From assembly GCF_009834535.1 (NCBI RefSeq), contig NC_045696.1, forward strand, positions 27,530,001-27,594,000: 64,000 bases of DNA. The letters run 5' to 3'. The number at the start of each line of letters is the position of its first letter. The stretch's first letter is position 1. The translations under genes and the position numbers were made by a program. Shown here piece after piece: positions 26,440 through 40,519 of the stretch. The notes below the pieces were generated by a model. It was given only the letters and a program-made list of their open reading frames with translations. It ran no database searches and was not told where the DNA came from. This stretch comes from Camelus ferus. Lineage: Eukaryota.

Positions 26440-26612
26440 TAAATGTAATGACAACACATAACACAAAATTTACCCTCTTAACCACTTTTAAGGGTACACT
26501 GCAGTGGTATTAAGTATGTTCTCATTTTTTCTGAAACAGACCTCCAGAACTCTTTTCATCTTACAAAACTGAAACTCTGCACTCATGAAACAACCACCCT
26601 CTCTCCCCACTG
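26440..26612 (-). mobile_element. Old L1 (L1MA/MB) 3' fragment
   Basis: cataacacaaaatttaccctcttaaccacttttaag...ctccagaactcttttcatcttacaaaactgaaactctg. Confidence 0.75.
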
Positions 26613-27744
26613 TCTTCTCAAACAGTTAAATATTGAGTATTTTTATGTGATTATAAGCACCTATAAACAAATATACTCCTACACACAAATGACAGTAACT
26701 AGTTTTAAAAACTGAATTTTTTTCTTAAAAGAAAAACCATACTTCAAAATTATGGAAACATCAAAGATGCTGACTTGAAAATATTTACATAATAGTCGAG
26801 TGTTTCTATCACAAATTCCAAGTGTGATATTCAATAGCTGTCTTTTTGTAGTTTTTACATTTTTAGACAAGACAAAACAGTGAGGTCACTTTGAAAGGTT
26901 TCAATATGCTAATCACAGTTATCAGAACAAAATAACTGGTAAATGGAAATTCGCAATTAAAAGGTAGCAACTAAAGAGCAAATTTACAACCCCCTTTCTT
27001 TCCACCTTATCCCCCTATACAGACATGCATAAGCCAATTTCCTAAAGGGAACAAAGAAAATGGTTTTAAATGAAATTACCACTTACACTATCTTTCCCCC
27101 TTAGTTGCTCAAATGCAAACACAAAGAACCCTGGAAGACATTTACAGAATCCATTTCTCAATCCCATAGGTCAGGACATTTGATACTAATGCTAATCAAA
27201 AAAGTGTATCTGTTCAAATTGACACAAGATTCAAATCCTCACACTCAGTTTAATCAAAAGTAAAACAGTCTATCAGAACTCCTAACGTAGTCTCCTTTTC
27301 AGTTAGTGACTCATACTTGGCATTGCAAAGAATACTATGGAAAATCACAAAAGCTAAGCAACAAAAAACACAAATCTTTTACGTGAAAGAACATACAGAT
27401 GAGAAAAAGAAAGGGGTAAAGACATGTGACTGATCTCAACTACAAATATAAATATTTGAGTATTTAAAAAATGGTGGTCACTATCTTGAACTAAAATAGA
27501 AGGCAGCTGGGGTAGGGTGTGGGTGCAGTGACACTGGGAAGTCTATCAAAAACAGAAACGCAAGCTTTTAAGTAGAAAATTTTAAGGGCAATTGGCTTAA
27601 AGCTGCTGGTAATCTTGGTGGCAAACTCAAATAAGATGAAGCACATAAACAAACACATAGTTAGGCGAATCCATGCTATTCACACATATTACAAATGTAT
27701 AACAGTGCAAATATTAATAACAATAAGAGTAATGTAGAAATAAA

Positions 27745-27940
27745 TTATAAAAGCTCTGTGCCAGACACTGTACTATGCTTTATTAATATTTCACTTTATT
27801 CTTTGGATAAACTTATGGATGTACTCATGGTGATGCCAATTATGATTCTGCAGATCCATTTTGTAGAAAAGGGAACTGAGGCTGGAGATACCAGGGATGT
27901 GAGTTGAAGCTGTAACTCAGAGCCTGCGTACCATTATTCT
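27745..27940 (-). mobile_element. MIR SINE
   Basis: tgtgccagacactgtacta...ccattttgtagaaaagggaactgaggct. Confidence 0.7.
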
Positions 27941-28205
27941 GTGCTGATACAAGAGATTAGGGAAATCAGAGGTTACTGCTAAACTCACCTCCCCCAAACC
28001 ACAGCTGAGATGCTTCAGAAGGTAGAGGAAGAAAAGGGAGGTCAGAGGGAGGGAAGCAAGTCCAGAGAGTTCTTGTTTCAATAAACATCAGGTTCACAAT
28101 GATAATGTGAGAAGTATACAGACAAAAGATCAGTAATATTGGGAAAAGGTTAACTGTCAATGAAGTATAAAAGGCATAAAAGTCTTTTGGTGCCTTCCAG
28201 GAACA

Positions 28206-28610
28206 TTGTTTTGTTTTGTTTTTTAATTGAGACATAACTGACATATAACACTGTGTGAGTTTAGGGTGTACAATCTGATATACGCATATATTGCAATATG
28301 GATTACCACTGGAGCACTAGCTAACACCTTTATCACATCACACAATCATCATTTCTTTTTGAGATGAGAAGAATTAAGATCTAGTCTCTCGGCAACTTTG
28401 AAGTCCACAATACGGTACTGTGGACTATAATCACTATGCTGGACATAGATCTCCGGAAGTATCTGTCTACTAGTTGCAAGATTGTTCCCTTCAACAGTAT
28501 CTCCCCAGTTCCCCACCCTCAGCCTCTGGTAACTATCATTCTACTCCCTGGTTCTAGAGCCTGGCTTTTTAGATTCCACATAGAAGTGATATGGTACTTG
28601 TCTTCTTCTG
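28206..28610 (-). mobile_element. Older L1 3' end (L1MA9-like)
   Basis: T-rich tail then ttaattgagacataactgacatataacactgtg...ctctcggcaactttgaag...tttttagattccacat, typical of an L1MA 3'UTR. Confidence 0.8.
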
Positions 28611-28922
28611 TCCAGGACCATCCTGTAAGTGTCTGCCTACGTGCCTTCGGCTCTCAGAGCTCCTTGGTGAATGAGCACGAGGTAGGCCTCTCTCCTTACT
28701 CTCTGCCCCAGAATTACTTTTCCCATTAGACCTTGTTCTAAGTTGAATGAGGATGAGGAAAAACGGGCCAGCCATACCAGCTAGATAGTAAATTAGACTA
28801 TGCAGGTAACTACCCCAATTTTGGTCCAAAAAAGGTGAGAGGAAATGGTAGTATTAGAATAGAAGGCAATGTTTTAAAGCTGTGAAGATTCAATGGGGAA
28901 GAGAAATAATTTTATCTTATAC

Positions 28923-29088
28923 CAGGGGTTTCACAAACTTGTCTCAAAAGGACCCTCTGAGTGGGACCATTCTTTGTTGTGAGGGGCTGCCCTGTGTATT
29001 TTAGGATGTTCAGTGGCATCCTTGGCTTTGACGCACTACATGCCAGTATACACTTAGTTGTAACAATCAAAATTGCCAAATGTCCAGG
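28923..29088 (-). mobile_element. MER20 (partial)
   Basis: attctttgttgtgaggggctgccctgtg...taggatgttcagtggcatccttggc...ttgccaaatgtcc. Confidence 0.82.
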
Positions 29089-32000
29089 ACAAACATCTTG
29101 GATATGTTTAAGTGGTTTTTGTTTGTTTGTTTTGCTTTGTTTATCATTATTATAAATTGCTATTTATATGGAGTGTTCAAAAGAAGATTTGCAGACAGCA
29201 ACAAAGGTGGGATTTCAAACCAAGCCTGGGAAATCCATGCTGGCAAGCATTTGTGGGAATTCTGCCTACTCAAATATCAGCTCCACAGAGTTAAGATGCA
29301 AGTTATATGGATGGTGAAAACGTCAGCAGTGAAAAGAAGGAGGGGAAATGGAGAGTCCAGACCTAAACCTTGAATGGGTAACATGACGTTAATAATCAAG
29401 TCAAAGACATCAGCAAAGAAAAAGTTGTTGAAAGAAAAGAACAAGGTTTATGGCGTCCCATCTTCTCCAAAGCCAGGAGAAGCCTGAACAAGAGGGTAAT
29501 CAGAGACAGAGTTCACAGAAAGGTCCAAGAAAACAAGAACCCCAATGACGCTGCAGCTTTGAGCCAAAAGGGAATGGTCGGCTATCTTAGTGAGAAAGGG
29601 CTCAAGAAAGAGCATTTCAAAGCCACCACCTTACCATTTGGTGCCCTGGAGCCGTCCTTAATTACCCGAGTGGATTGAAAGAGTTAATGTATATTTAAAC
29701 ACGCTTGCGTTGCTAGCAATTACTCTCAGCACAGGTTCTACTTCCACGGTAGCATTCAGTGAGGAGAGAAAGAATAAATCCCAGTCCTGAGTTGTGGGTG
29801 CTAACCAGTCAGCCATGCTGGCCAAATCCTGCCTCTCAAACCTCTTTGTAATATATGCCATTCAGCCAGGCAGAAGTCTTCAGTGACAGCTATTCACGTG
29901 TCCCAAGCTGATCAAATGCGGGCAACAGTGATGGTTCAGCACGACTTGCCTTCACTGAACGGACAGAAAATGTTTCCCCACCATCTGTCTGGTGCACAGA
30001 CTCTACTGTGCTTTTAGACTTTTAATGGACTGTCCTCCAAATGGCACATCAGAGAAAACATTTCATCTGAAGAACAGGTATAGAAGGCAGCTACTTGTTC
30101 AGCTGCAACCCTGGCCTTTTGGGTTATGTGCAGTCTTAGTTCTGAATAACGGGGGATAAGGAGGGGGAAAGCTTTTCCCTCCATTCTAAACACCCCTCAG
30201 TCTCCTTTGAGTCAAAGCCGCTAATTATGCCAGGCAGGCTGAATGATGAGTAGTGGTTTTGTGATCCCAACTATTGTTCAGAAGGGCTGAGATCACCAAT
30301 GCATTTTCCTAGGTATAAGAGAATTTGAAGGGGAAAGTCTGAGTACTTATTATCTCTTTGTTTTCTTAAACAGTGCCTATTTACAAACTTTTCACTAGTG
30401 AGTAAAAACATTTACTGGCAATAAAACACAGCAGTGTTTCAGAATGCTAACCCCTTCCCCCAAAACATGACAAAGTACTCTGAGTGTTTGGAAGGAAAAG
30501 AGCTGCTTTCTTTTCTGTTTCTTGCCACAAACACAGGATGAGGAGATGGGAAGGAAAAAGGAAGAAAATTAGAAATAGTTTATATACATAGAGAGAGAGA
30601 GAGAGACAGACAGACAGGGAGATTTCCTTGAAGCTACCTATACCACAAAATTAAGCAACTATATCCTTCCTTTATAAAACCCCAATAAAATAAATAAAAA
30701 CAACATACACAACAGACTGGAGAGAGGGAACTCTTACTCCCCAAAGAATTATACTGGCAATAAAATATAGGTCGTAAGAATGAAGAAAACAGCAATTGAT
30801 GATAAATTCTGCGACCTCTGAGGTAGGCTAGCAAGCCTCCCTCTGGATAGATGTTCGTTTTCTCAGAAGTACATGGGATCCTGTTAAAACATCTTTGAGG
30901 CAAGAGTCGTGTTTTAAAGATGTTATATATTTCAAGTCACTAAATACCCAGAACTGTATCCAAAGATAAATAATGACTGGTGAACAAGATAACAATGAAC
31001 TCACACTTGTTTCCTATATACCTCGAATATTCTTTTAATAACATTTGGGGAGTAAGCAGATATTCCAATGTCGTCCTCAGTATCAAGGATACTGAAATAA
31101 ATCTGGGCAAGAGTTGTGACTGTGTAGAAGAGCTAACTGTCCAGATGTTATTTCCTCCTGAGAGTGAAATTTTAAGTCTTGCTTCTCACACATTTGTGAT
31201 TCGTTCCTAAGTTCCCTTTTTGTCGGAGTTTTCTATCAGTTAAACATAGCTAAGAACTAAAAGGCAACTTTTTATGAAGGAAAGTGTGTTTATCTCACAA
31301 GACTGGCAAACTCTTCTATCTGGTCCAGTTTGGGGGGGACATCCATTTCAATTAGCCAAAATGGAAAGCAAAAGAGCTGTGAAAACAGAAAAAGAATGAC
31401 GCCTGCTCTAACTTTTCGACAACATAATTCTCGAGTCTCGCATTTTTGTGGTCTAACATTTTCCTTATTGGACACACCAGATTTCTAGCATCATTGCTAG
31501 AAACCTTTTATCTCCACCTGCTGGAAGCATGAAACATAACTGGGTTCAGGATAAGCATAGACATATTGCAGGAAGAAAAAACAGTTAGCCAAATTAGATT
31601 TAAAATCACCCATTTTAAACTACACCCCTTGGTACATTATATCTGTCACTAAATTTATTTGCAAGCTTGGAACCCTTTGTTTTGTGATTGTTACAAGGTT
31701 TATTCTTCTTGTCTATTACTTTTAAAGTTTTAAAGTTGGCCGTTATACATGTCATCAAAATTGTCAAGCAATTATTTTGCAAATAAAATGATAAAAATAT
31801 ATAATAGTTATTAGGTAATAGTAAAATTATGGTCCTTAGGAAAGACATTGGTATGGAAAGATCTTATACCACATATCATGAGTCATGAAGAATGTAGTGT
31901 CTACTGCTTATCATATACAAAGAAAAGTGATGCTGAGATAAGAGCTTTGAAAATAGATATTAAATATTTTTTAATGGAGAAAAACAGCTTTCTCTTGGGA

Positions 32001-33699
32001 AAAAAAGCCCTCCTCTTCTTTAAGATATAACACTGAGTTTTAGCTGCCTCAGAGGGTATGGAAACAGAAAACAGCTGCCTGGATTCACCTTCTGTTGTAG
32101 AAATTAACCATCACTGTTGATTATTCACTAGTTTACTAAATACAAATCTATGTATCTTCTAAAATAAGTTACTGCTCTTTCCGATTACTTAAATAGAATT
32201 GGAGGTAATAACTAATTCAGTAGAAGCCTAAGACTAATCATAAAATGTCCAAATAAAAGTTAATGCATAATGGGTATAAAAACAAAGTATTCGCCTTTCG
32301 GTTAAACATTTTTATACCTCGATGGTGTTTAATGATAGCAATAGTCACTACAGGGGAAAAAAAAAGAAAGAAAGAAAGAGGAAATTACCTGCCAACACTG
32401 GATTCTCCTTTTAAACTAACAGTACTTTTTAAAAAAAAGTTTCTGGAGAAAATATTTAATACACTAGAATTTTTTTTCCTAACACACTAGTTTGTTTTTT
32501 TGTTTTTTTTCACTCCTTAAATACTCTTTCAATCTTTGTTGATTGGCAATATGCCATTTTGGTCATGCTGAATGTGTAAGAATCTATGAATCAACCATTT
32601 TTCAGGTAATATTTCAGAATTTTATATATTGTGAATTTCTTCCAGCTTTTAAACAAGGGACCAGTAGAAGGCCTTGCCAAAAGTTCACCACCCCACACAC
32701 AAGCGTGTATTTTCATGAATCTGAGCCAGTTTTCTGGTAAATAAGGCAGTTTTCTTTTTCAGCCAATTATAAGAAAAAGTGAAAATGAATCAGTTGTAAT
32801 ATCACTAAAATGTAACCAGTAACAAAGCAGTGGGATTGCATTCGTATTTTCAATGTATAATTACAAGTGATTGTTATTTAAAAGTGCTGTGTTTGGCACA
32901 GGAGAAATCATAAACAAAAGCATTAAACATCTCCCATCCCCTTCCAAATTTACATTTAGCTCACCTTAGAATGAGTCAGGTATCTACATTCTTTCCAAAC
33001 CTCACTGTCAGTTCTTGTCCTTAAGTTAGGCTTTATTACATATTAAAACACAAACTATTTACATAAAACTGAAGAAATTATGTATCAGGTCATTCACCAT
33101 AACTACATCCGTAGAGTTCCATCGATATTTGTTGAATGGATGAAAGAACAAGAGAAATTAATCCCGGATTTAGTTGTTTATAAATTAATCTCTCTCATTA
33201 AGCAAGCTTGATAAAATAAAATGGTAACTATAAACTACTGCCCATACAGGTAAAATAAATACACTTCGAATTGCCTTTGTAACGGGAATCAGTTTGTGCT
33301 TGTTCCATTCAGGTGTCCAATTAAATCACCTAATATCTAATAAATCACTGTGAAATATGAGTACTATATTCCAACCGTGTTATTATTACAAGTAATAACT
33401 GACACTTAAAAATCTAAATAAGCCTTATATTATACATAGGAGTAAGTAACTGTTTAAGAGGCAGATCGGGCACACACAATGGCCTCCACTCTTTCCAAAG
33501 TCACTGACATAAAATTTCTGAGACAGGAAGTTCTGAGATGGGGTAGAGAGATGGGCATCACCAGTGAACAAGAGATATTAATATGTTTCTGGCGGAAAGA
33601 GAAAGAGTGGGAACGTGTCAGGAATTAAAGAGAGAGTTGCAGCTTAGAATTTGCTCTGAGGAGGCTCTGGAAATGTAGAAGTCTGCAGAGGCGGCCTTT

Positions 33700-34390
33700 G
33701 GAAATCAAGACCCGCTGTGCAGGAACTGTGGAAGACGGGCGTAAAGGGGAATGGAAGATAGGGGAATTAATGAAAAGGCTGCATAAGGACAGCCCTCTCA
33801 CTTGTCACCTCCTCCTTCCCCAGTGGAGGCAAAATCAGGCAGCTGGCATTTACCTCCAGCAAAAACAGCTGACCCTTTCCCAGGGAAAGTGAGCAACCAG
33901 CCAGGTGGAACCTGGCATAATCCTCCCTCTTTAATTTGAGCGATCCTGTAGTCTGACAGCTGGCTTCATAGCTGACCCCCTAAAGCAAAGTCTCACTTTT
34001 GTTTACCTCACACAGAGCCCTTAGTGAGATTTCCAAGTGAGAATCAGCTGTAACTCCGAGGGCTTTTATTAACGACACGGTCCCTCTTTCTATAGGAAGA
34101 ATTACAACATACAAGAAAAGCTGCTGAATAAGATGGAAAGGACAAAATTCAGAAACTAAAAACTGACTCCAGAGAAAATGAAGATAACTTAAGCATCATA
34201 AAAAGAAAAGCGGGGGGAGGGAATAATAAGAAACTCTTATTTTTAAATAAAATCAGAAATAGTTAAGGAAGCTATTACATCTACAAACAAGAGAAGCATG
34301 CTATGAAAAAGGAATAATTAAAAAAAGAGAATGCTTGGGAAGATTAAAATAATGACTAAATTAAAAATTATGGTTAAAATTATAAACAAA
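33700..34390 (+). mobile_element. Ancient L1M/HAL1-like 5'/ORF1 remnant
   Basis: A-rich degenerate ORF1-like segment aaacaagagaagcatgctatgaaaaaggaa...cttgggaagattaaaataatg. Confidence 0.5.
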
Positions 34391-34399
34391 GATTGTAGA

Positions 34400-34980
34400 T
34401 TGTTCAATGGGCTTACAGAGAAAACAGCCCAGGGGAAGACAAGGATGGATTGCTCTGGGAAAGTAGCTTCCACTAATGGGTACAAAAATTTATGTCACAA
34501 AGAACATGGTAAGCATACACCTTCTTCCCAATGGCCCTTATGCCATTCAGGTATCCAGTCCTTGCCAACATGTCTCAGAAGAGGTGATTTCAATTCTGGT
34601 TCCAGGTGCCTAAGCCAACCTCCACAAGTCATTTCCTGGTACATTTATTGGTATTTATCTGAAGATGGCTCAATCAGGTTAAAGGGAAGGATTATCTCAT
34701 TATCTCATTAGGCTGAAGGAGCAGTTCCTCTCACTACTGCTGAAATTAAACAAGGATCTACACTTACCACCAGCAGCCATTTTGCTTCAACAAGAAGCAG
34801 CAGTCCTAGCCTACAGCAAACCATAGGGACGGCAGGGTTGAGGGGCAGGAAGAACACGGTGCGTGATGACATCTATGAGCAGCTGACGTCTCCTGGATTT
34901 CTGCTCACATGACATAATACATCTGCTTCTCAAAGCAGTGTGAATCCAGGGTTACTGTGACTTGCCAGCAAAAGCTGCAC
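34400..34980 (+). mobile_element. Old MaLR LTR (MLT1J/K-like)
   Basis: cagcagccattttg...tgatgacatctatgagcagctg...ctgtgacttgccagcaaaagc 3' motifs. Confidence 0.6.
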
Positions 34981-35547
34981 AACTCCAGGACCACTACTTA
35001 AATAGAATACACACACCCTTGGAACCATGCCCTGAGTCAACTCTGCCTCAAGTAGTAAAGTCAAGGCAGCAGGCACAAGAGACTCATGTGGTCTCAATCA
35101 AGGTCTTGAACTACAACGTGATCCCAAATTGGTCTTACACCAGATGACATCAAGACATTCAAGCATCTCCATGTGCAATCAGTGTTTCCCAGGGCAACAA
35201 AAAGCCTTGTTCAAAAAAAGCTATGAAACAGGTCAGGTTCTTCCACTTTTCCAAAAACCAAAGCAGTAGTGAGGACCAAAGAACATGCCGAGATTTGAGC
35301 TAGAGACCAGAGTACTTATATCCAGCTTGCCATGGAGTGGCAGAAAAGCTGGATGATATTTTAAGTGTTTCACTATATTGTGCTAAGGATTGTCAGTTCT
35401 CCTCTTCTCATCTCCACCATGAGAGACCCCAACTAAATTTAATCATCGATGTCATCAGGAAATCATTTCTGACCACCAGAGGACTGAATTCAAGCAAAAT
35501 AAAGTGGAATTAATTTTTGCTCTTGAATCAGGCATGTTCCATAACCA

Positions 35548-35568
35548 TGTGTGTGTGTGTGTGTGTGT
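35548..35568. repeat. (TG)n microsatellite
   Basis: Directly visible. Confidence 0.95.
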
Positions 35569-35672
35569 ACCTACAAGATTAATTTTAAGAAATAAGATAT
35601 TCACAGGTATGTGCATAAAATATACACATACATACATTTTATTCTTTTTTTCAAGAGGCCCTCCCTCTAGAT

Positions 35673-35841
35673 GTTGTTTTTATTTGTTGGGTTTTGTTTT
35701 GTTTTGTTTTGGGGGCGGTCATTAGGTTTATTTATTTATTTAATTTATTTATTCATTTATTTAAACAGAGGTACTGGGGATTGAACCCAGAACATCGTGT
35801 ATGCTAAGCACGTGCTCTACTACTGAGCTACTATCCTCCCC
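35673..35841 (-). mobile_element. tRNA-Ala-derived SINE (camelid Vic-1-like)
   Basis: Minus strand reads GGGGAGGATAGTAGCTCAGTAGTAGAGCACGTGCTTAGCAT...GGGTTCAATCCCCAGTACCTC (A box, B box, AGC anticodon), then (AAAT)n, AAACCTAAT and an A-rich tail. Confidence 0.88.
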
Positions 35842-37689
35842 AACATATGTACTTTCTAAGCATCTCTAAGAAAAAAATCAACTGAACAAATACTCAAATC
35901 CTGAGTAAAATTAACTTTAAGGCTTTTTTCCCCTCATAGGTGTAAATCCTTTGAATTTGCATCCAGTTTAGGCAGTAATACAAAGGCCTAAAAGCCTTCA
36001 TTTACTCACTTTTCTAAGCTGAGGAGGGTACGTAATATGCTTCTATAAGTAGTTGAACCCAGTCAGGTCAGTTCTGAGACTTATTAGGGCATGACGCTGT
36101 TGACATAAGGCTAAGTGTGAAGCCTTGACCCCTGCATTTCCGCCATGACCCCAGGGACCAGACCTACTCATCTCACCCCAACCTTTACAACTTGAAAGAT
36201 GTCAGATCAGGCTGCTATGTTTTTTAAAGGATCAGTTAGTCCAAATGAAAGCTATTTACTTTGCCCATTATTGTTAATTCCTCTGAATTTTTTTTTCAGG
36301 GCCTCCAAACAGTCAAATCTATTCAACTTCTGTAAAAACAAAATGTTCCCTAAATTCTTTCGAGCTTACATCTAAAATCTGTTAAGTCAAATGTTATTCC
36401 CCCCACAAAATCCTGTCATATTTTGACAGAAATTCCAACCAAAGCAAAAACTATCAGTAAAAAAGAGTATAAATATTAAAGGGGAAGAGAGTGGCCAATT
36501 TAATAGATATAAGGTTTTTAATGTTTCAAATATTAAAGTATAGTTTTAAGACTTAGGTCCTACATAAGCAACCTCAAAAAATCTAGTCATTTGTGCAAAA
36601 TTAGTCTACTCAAGCATCAGACTTCATTTCTCATCTGCCTTTAAGATCAATGTAGATACTAAACACAACTTTAAAAGGAAGTTTTAGTCCCCTAATCCCA
36701 TCCCTGGGTCATGAGAAGCAACCTTATGCCTTCACACACCATTCCTTGACTGAAATCCAGTCTCCAAGATTTGAATCTAACTAGTGTAAAGGAAAAGGCT
36801 ATATCAAGTTACCCAAAGTACTTACTCAGAGAAATAGAGAGAAATGGAAGCATTTGGGGGGAGTTGGATCTATTAAAAACAGTCAGTGGAGAGAAAATGG
36901 CAATTTTCCCCTCTAAGAGTGTGCTAGTGTATTTATTGTGGTAAATTGCCTTCTTTATGTAAAAGATAGTAAATCTGTTGATGCTAGGATGGTCTTATCT
37001 CAACAGAAGGGCAGGCATCCAGGGTCTAAAGTTTCTGAATCTCAGCAATGTTAAACAGGGCTTTAAAAAGAACTTTCAATTTGAAATACTGAGTAAATGG
37101 GTTCACACAGCACGAATTTTATTGTAGACCAACCTAATTTTCACATTTTCCTCTCTATAACAAGCTAGTCATTTGTTCTCTGCACTCGTAATGGAAAGAA
37201 AACAAGACTTTCTTTGTTTGTGTACATTAACTCGATGCTGTAAAAGTCACTCAGTCAAGCTTCACCATACTTTCACCTTTAAACCTTAACCTGACTTGTA
37301 ACAATATTTGTAGCCTCTAAAATTACACTGGTTGAACCCAGATGGAGTTAATCACCCTTCACTGTCTCAGTGAAAAGTATAATGACCTACCATTTAATGT
37401 GAAACCATTAAAATGCTAGAAAGGGCAAGAATTCACATCGTGTGTTTATAAATACCTCACAGACATGAATCCATACATTCAAGCTACCAGGACACTTTTC
37501 ATATGACACTTGTTTAGAGAACCAGATGGAAAATAATGACTCCTGTACACTCAAAGCCAGAAGTGTCTATTCTGCTGTTTTATATAATGCACCTTACACT
37601 TTTAATACTGACATAAATTAATTCTAACAAATTCCATCTGTAACTAAACAAAGAAAATCCAAATCAAAGTTCGGTAATTCATGATATTC

Positions 37690-38660
37690 TTTCCTTTCCT
37701 GAACTACTGTTGCTTCTACACAGGGCAAATCCATCAGCCAGATCCTTTATTTCTCTCTGCAAGGCATATTCCAAATCCTTCCTTCAGGACCATTACACCG
37801 CACAAGTCCAGGAGGCCCCACTGTCATCACACTTGGGGCCCGTCCTCCAGGGACTGGTCACTCACAGCAGCACCAAGGATGCACCTGAAACTGTGCCACA
37901 CAGAGGCCTGGGCCACTTCTCTCCCTGTCTCCCTGGTACCACTTCAGACTGAGCCACTATCAACCCCCATCTGCAGCATCCTCTTAAATGTCCTCCCCAT
38001 TTCCACTCTTGCCTCTGTAATCTAACCTTCCAGAGCTTACTGAGTAACCTTTTCTGTTTTTGAAGCAGATCATAGTACTTAGAGAATGAAGAGCACATAC
38101 CTGCAGGGCCATGAAGGTAGTTAATGGGACAACACAGGCCAAGCCTTAGGACGCGAGCGTATACAGTGTAAGTGCAGGGTGCCAAGCAAGCCTGGGTACA
38201 GGGAGACTGCCTTGATCCAGCTCCCAAGTGACAGCTTCCACACGTGAGGATGACTCTGAAGTGATCAGACCATCTAATGTCTCAAAAGAAGCGAGAAATC
38301 TGAACGTTTCTGTGAATCTACAATTTTTAAATGTTGCCTAAAATTTTTAAACAATGTGAAATAAACCAAATACCTCTGCCAGTTAGCACAGACCACTGCT
38401 GAGTGATGACATTTTACAACACCCTCCCTGTTTATCACCACACTTGGACAAAACGCCCCTTCTGTTCCTCTTACCAAGCTTTTCCCACCTCAGATCCTTA
38501 GCACTTACTATTTGCCACGGTTTTGTGCATTCATTCTTAACCCTTAGATTTTAGCTCGAAAGTCTCCTCTTCAAACCTTTCCCTGACTGCTCTATGTAAT
38601 GTAAGTCTTCCCCACAAGGCATCACCACATCACTCTATTTGGTTTCTCTTATTGTGTATC
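37690..38660 (+). mobile_element. Fragmented L2 with an unrelated interruption
   Basis: ctccccatttccactcttgcctctgtaatctaaccttcca and gtctcctcttcaaacctttccctgac motifs. Confidence 0.45.
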
Positions 38661-38792
38661 TCCTCATGAAAGAGGATTTGAGGAGTTCATGCTAGCAAAT
38701 TTAGCCTGTAAGCGTTGGCTTTCCTGATATATTAACAGAACTCATTTTCAATAAAAATCAATACAGAATAGGCTGAACTGAGCCAGTAAGAA

Positions 38793-38819
38793 ACACACAC
38801 ACACACACACACACACACA
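38793..38819. repeat. (AC)n microsatellite
   Basis: Directly visible. Confidence 0.95.
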
Positions 38820-39089
38820 ACTTTCAAGCTTTATCACTTCATAAAAGCATACTGGCAGGATGACTGGTTGTTGTTTGTTTGCTAAATATCTACAACAGTT
38901 TTTTTTTTTTTTGCAAGACAGAGAAAAAAATACTGTGTGTGTGTACACATGCATATACATACATACACACACAAGTATATATGTGTGTTTGTATAGGTAT
39001 GATTCCTATTGAAATGGTTAATATGCAGGTAACCTCAATGAGGCGCTGACAGATGGACTGTTCGAGCAGTCTCCTCATGTGGATCTAAG

Positions 39090-39294
39090 GCGGCGGTTCA
39101 CAACTTGAGGTAATTGTTCCCCTCAGGGGCTTGGCAATGTCTGGAGACACTTCTGTCTCTCGCAGCTAGAGGGATGCTATTGACATCCAGGGATACAGGC
39201 CAAGGAGGCTGCTAAACATCTTACAAGGAAGAAGACAGCCTCCAAAAGAACCATCGGACCCAAAATATCATTAGCGCTAAGCTTAAGAAGCCCT
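39090..39294 (+). mobile_element. MER20 (hAT-Charlie)
   Basis: ttggcaatgtctggagaca...aggccaaggaggctgctaaacatcttacaa...cccaaaatatca. Confidence 0.85.
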
Positions 39295-40519
39295 TAAGTC
39301 CCCTCACTCCAGTTCTGGCAAACGAAGTAGCAGCTACCCCCCCCCCCACCCGTTTGGTTTGGGGAGGTAGGGTATAACTGTTGAGTTCTAGACGTACAGA
39401 GATCAGAAAGAAATTCTCTCTGCCCTCAACTCACTCAATCTGCCACTGGAAACGAACAAAAAATTCTAATTCATACAGCCTTCAGTAAAGGTATACACAG
39501 GTTACTACAGTGGCAGAGAGAAGGGCCAATTCACTAAGGCTTGAAAAACTGGAAGATGGGGTGGAGGGCATGGGAGCCCAGATGTCCTCCTGGACTTGTT
39601 GCCTGACCCACCTTGGATGTGCTGAGCACTAATTAGGCAGAGGGGTAGGAGGAAGAAACAGCACTTTGAAAGATGAGACTTGAGAAGTTGGAAAGAATAA
39701 GTAGTTTAGCATTGCTAAGGTAAGTAGGTGGCTTCTCTTTGCAAGTAAGAGGAGAAACACATTAAGGCCCTAATATGTGAACATAAACACATTTCTGTCT
39801 TATTATCCTTTTGCCCAGACACCTCTCTGTTGCCTTCCCACTCTGAGATTTTGTGAGCCTATAATTTCTACATTCAATTACCTCATATAGGCCTGCCCTT
39901 AAATATCTTTCTTCATAATCTGTTTTTGCCACACTTGTTCCAGAAACTCTTTCTGAACTTAGCACAATCATGAATCAACACTGTATTTTCAAAATTAGGA
40001 AAGCTTACAATTCCAAAGAACAAAACTTACCTAAGATCACACATCAGCGTTCACACGACCTGGGGTTCTTTGGACTAGGGCTTTGTCTGAATCACTTTTA
40101 TATTTCTAATGTTTATCCCAGATAATGTTACATGGTGATTACTCAGCAAATATTTGTGGCATTGAATTGTAACTTGAATCTACTCCAGACTCCATGTTTT
40201 TTTTCTAAATCAATAGTGCATATTGAAATTGTAATGTACTTCTCAAAGGGTAACCATTCAAAATTGAGATTCAGAAATGATCATTTCCTTTAATATTTCC
40301 TTCTTTAATAATATATACCTCTAATCTTCTGTACAGGCTTATATTACTGTCACCTAAATAGTAATAATAATAACAAAATAAAAACAAAACAAAAAGTAAA
40401 AATAATAACAAAAACAGGCAGGGAGAACTTGTTTTATTTAGGTCCTTCTCTCTTTACCCTCAAGCCTCTCATAGGAGAAACTTTTCTTACCACGAATACT
40501 AAGGTTTCTCCCAAAGCTG

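Noticed and set aside
35765..35841. tRNA-Ala(AGC)-like sequence (also 50090-50164)
   Set aside because: Degenerate stems, SINE-type tail and a second diverged copy indicate a SINE, not a tRNA gene.
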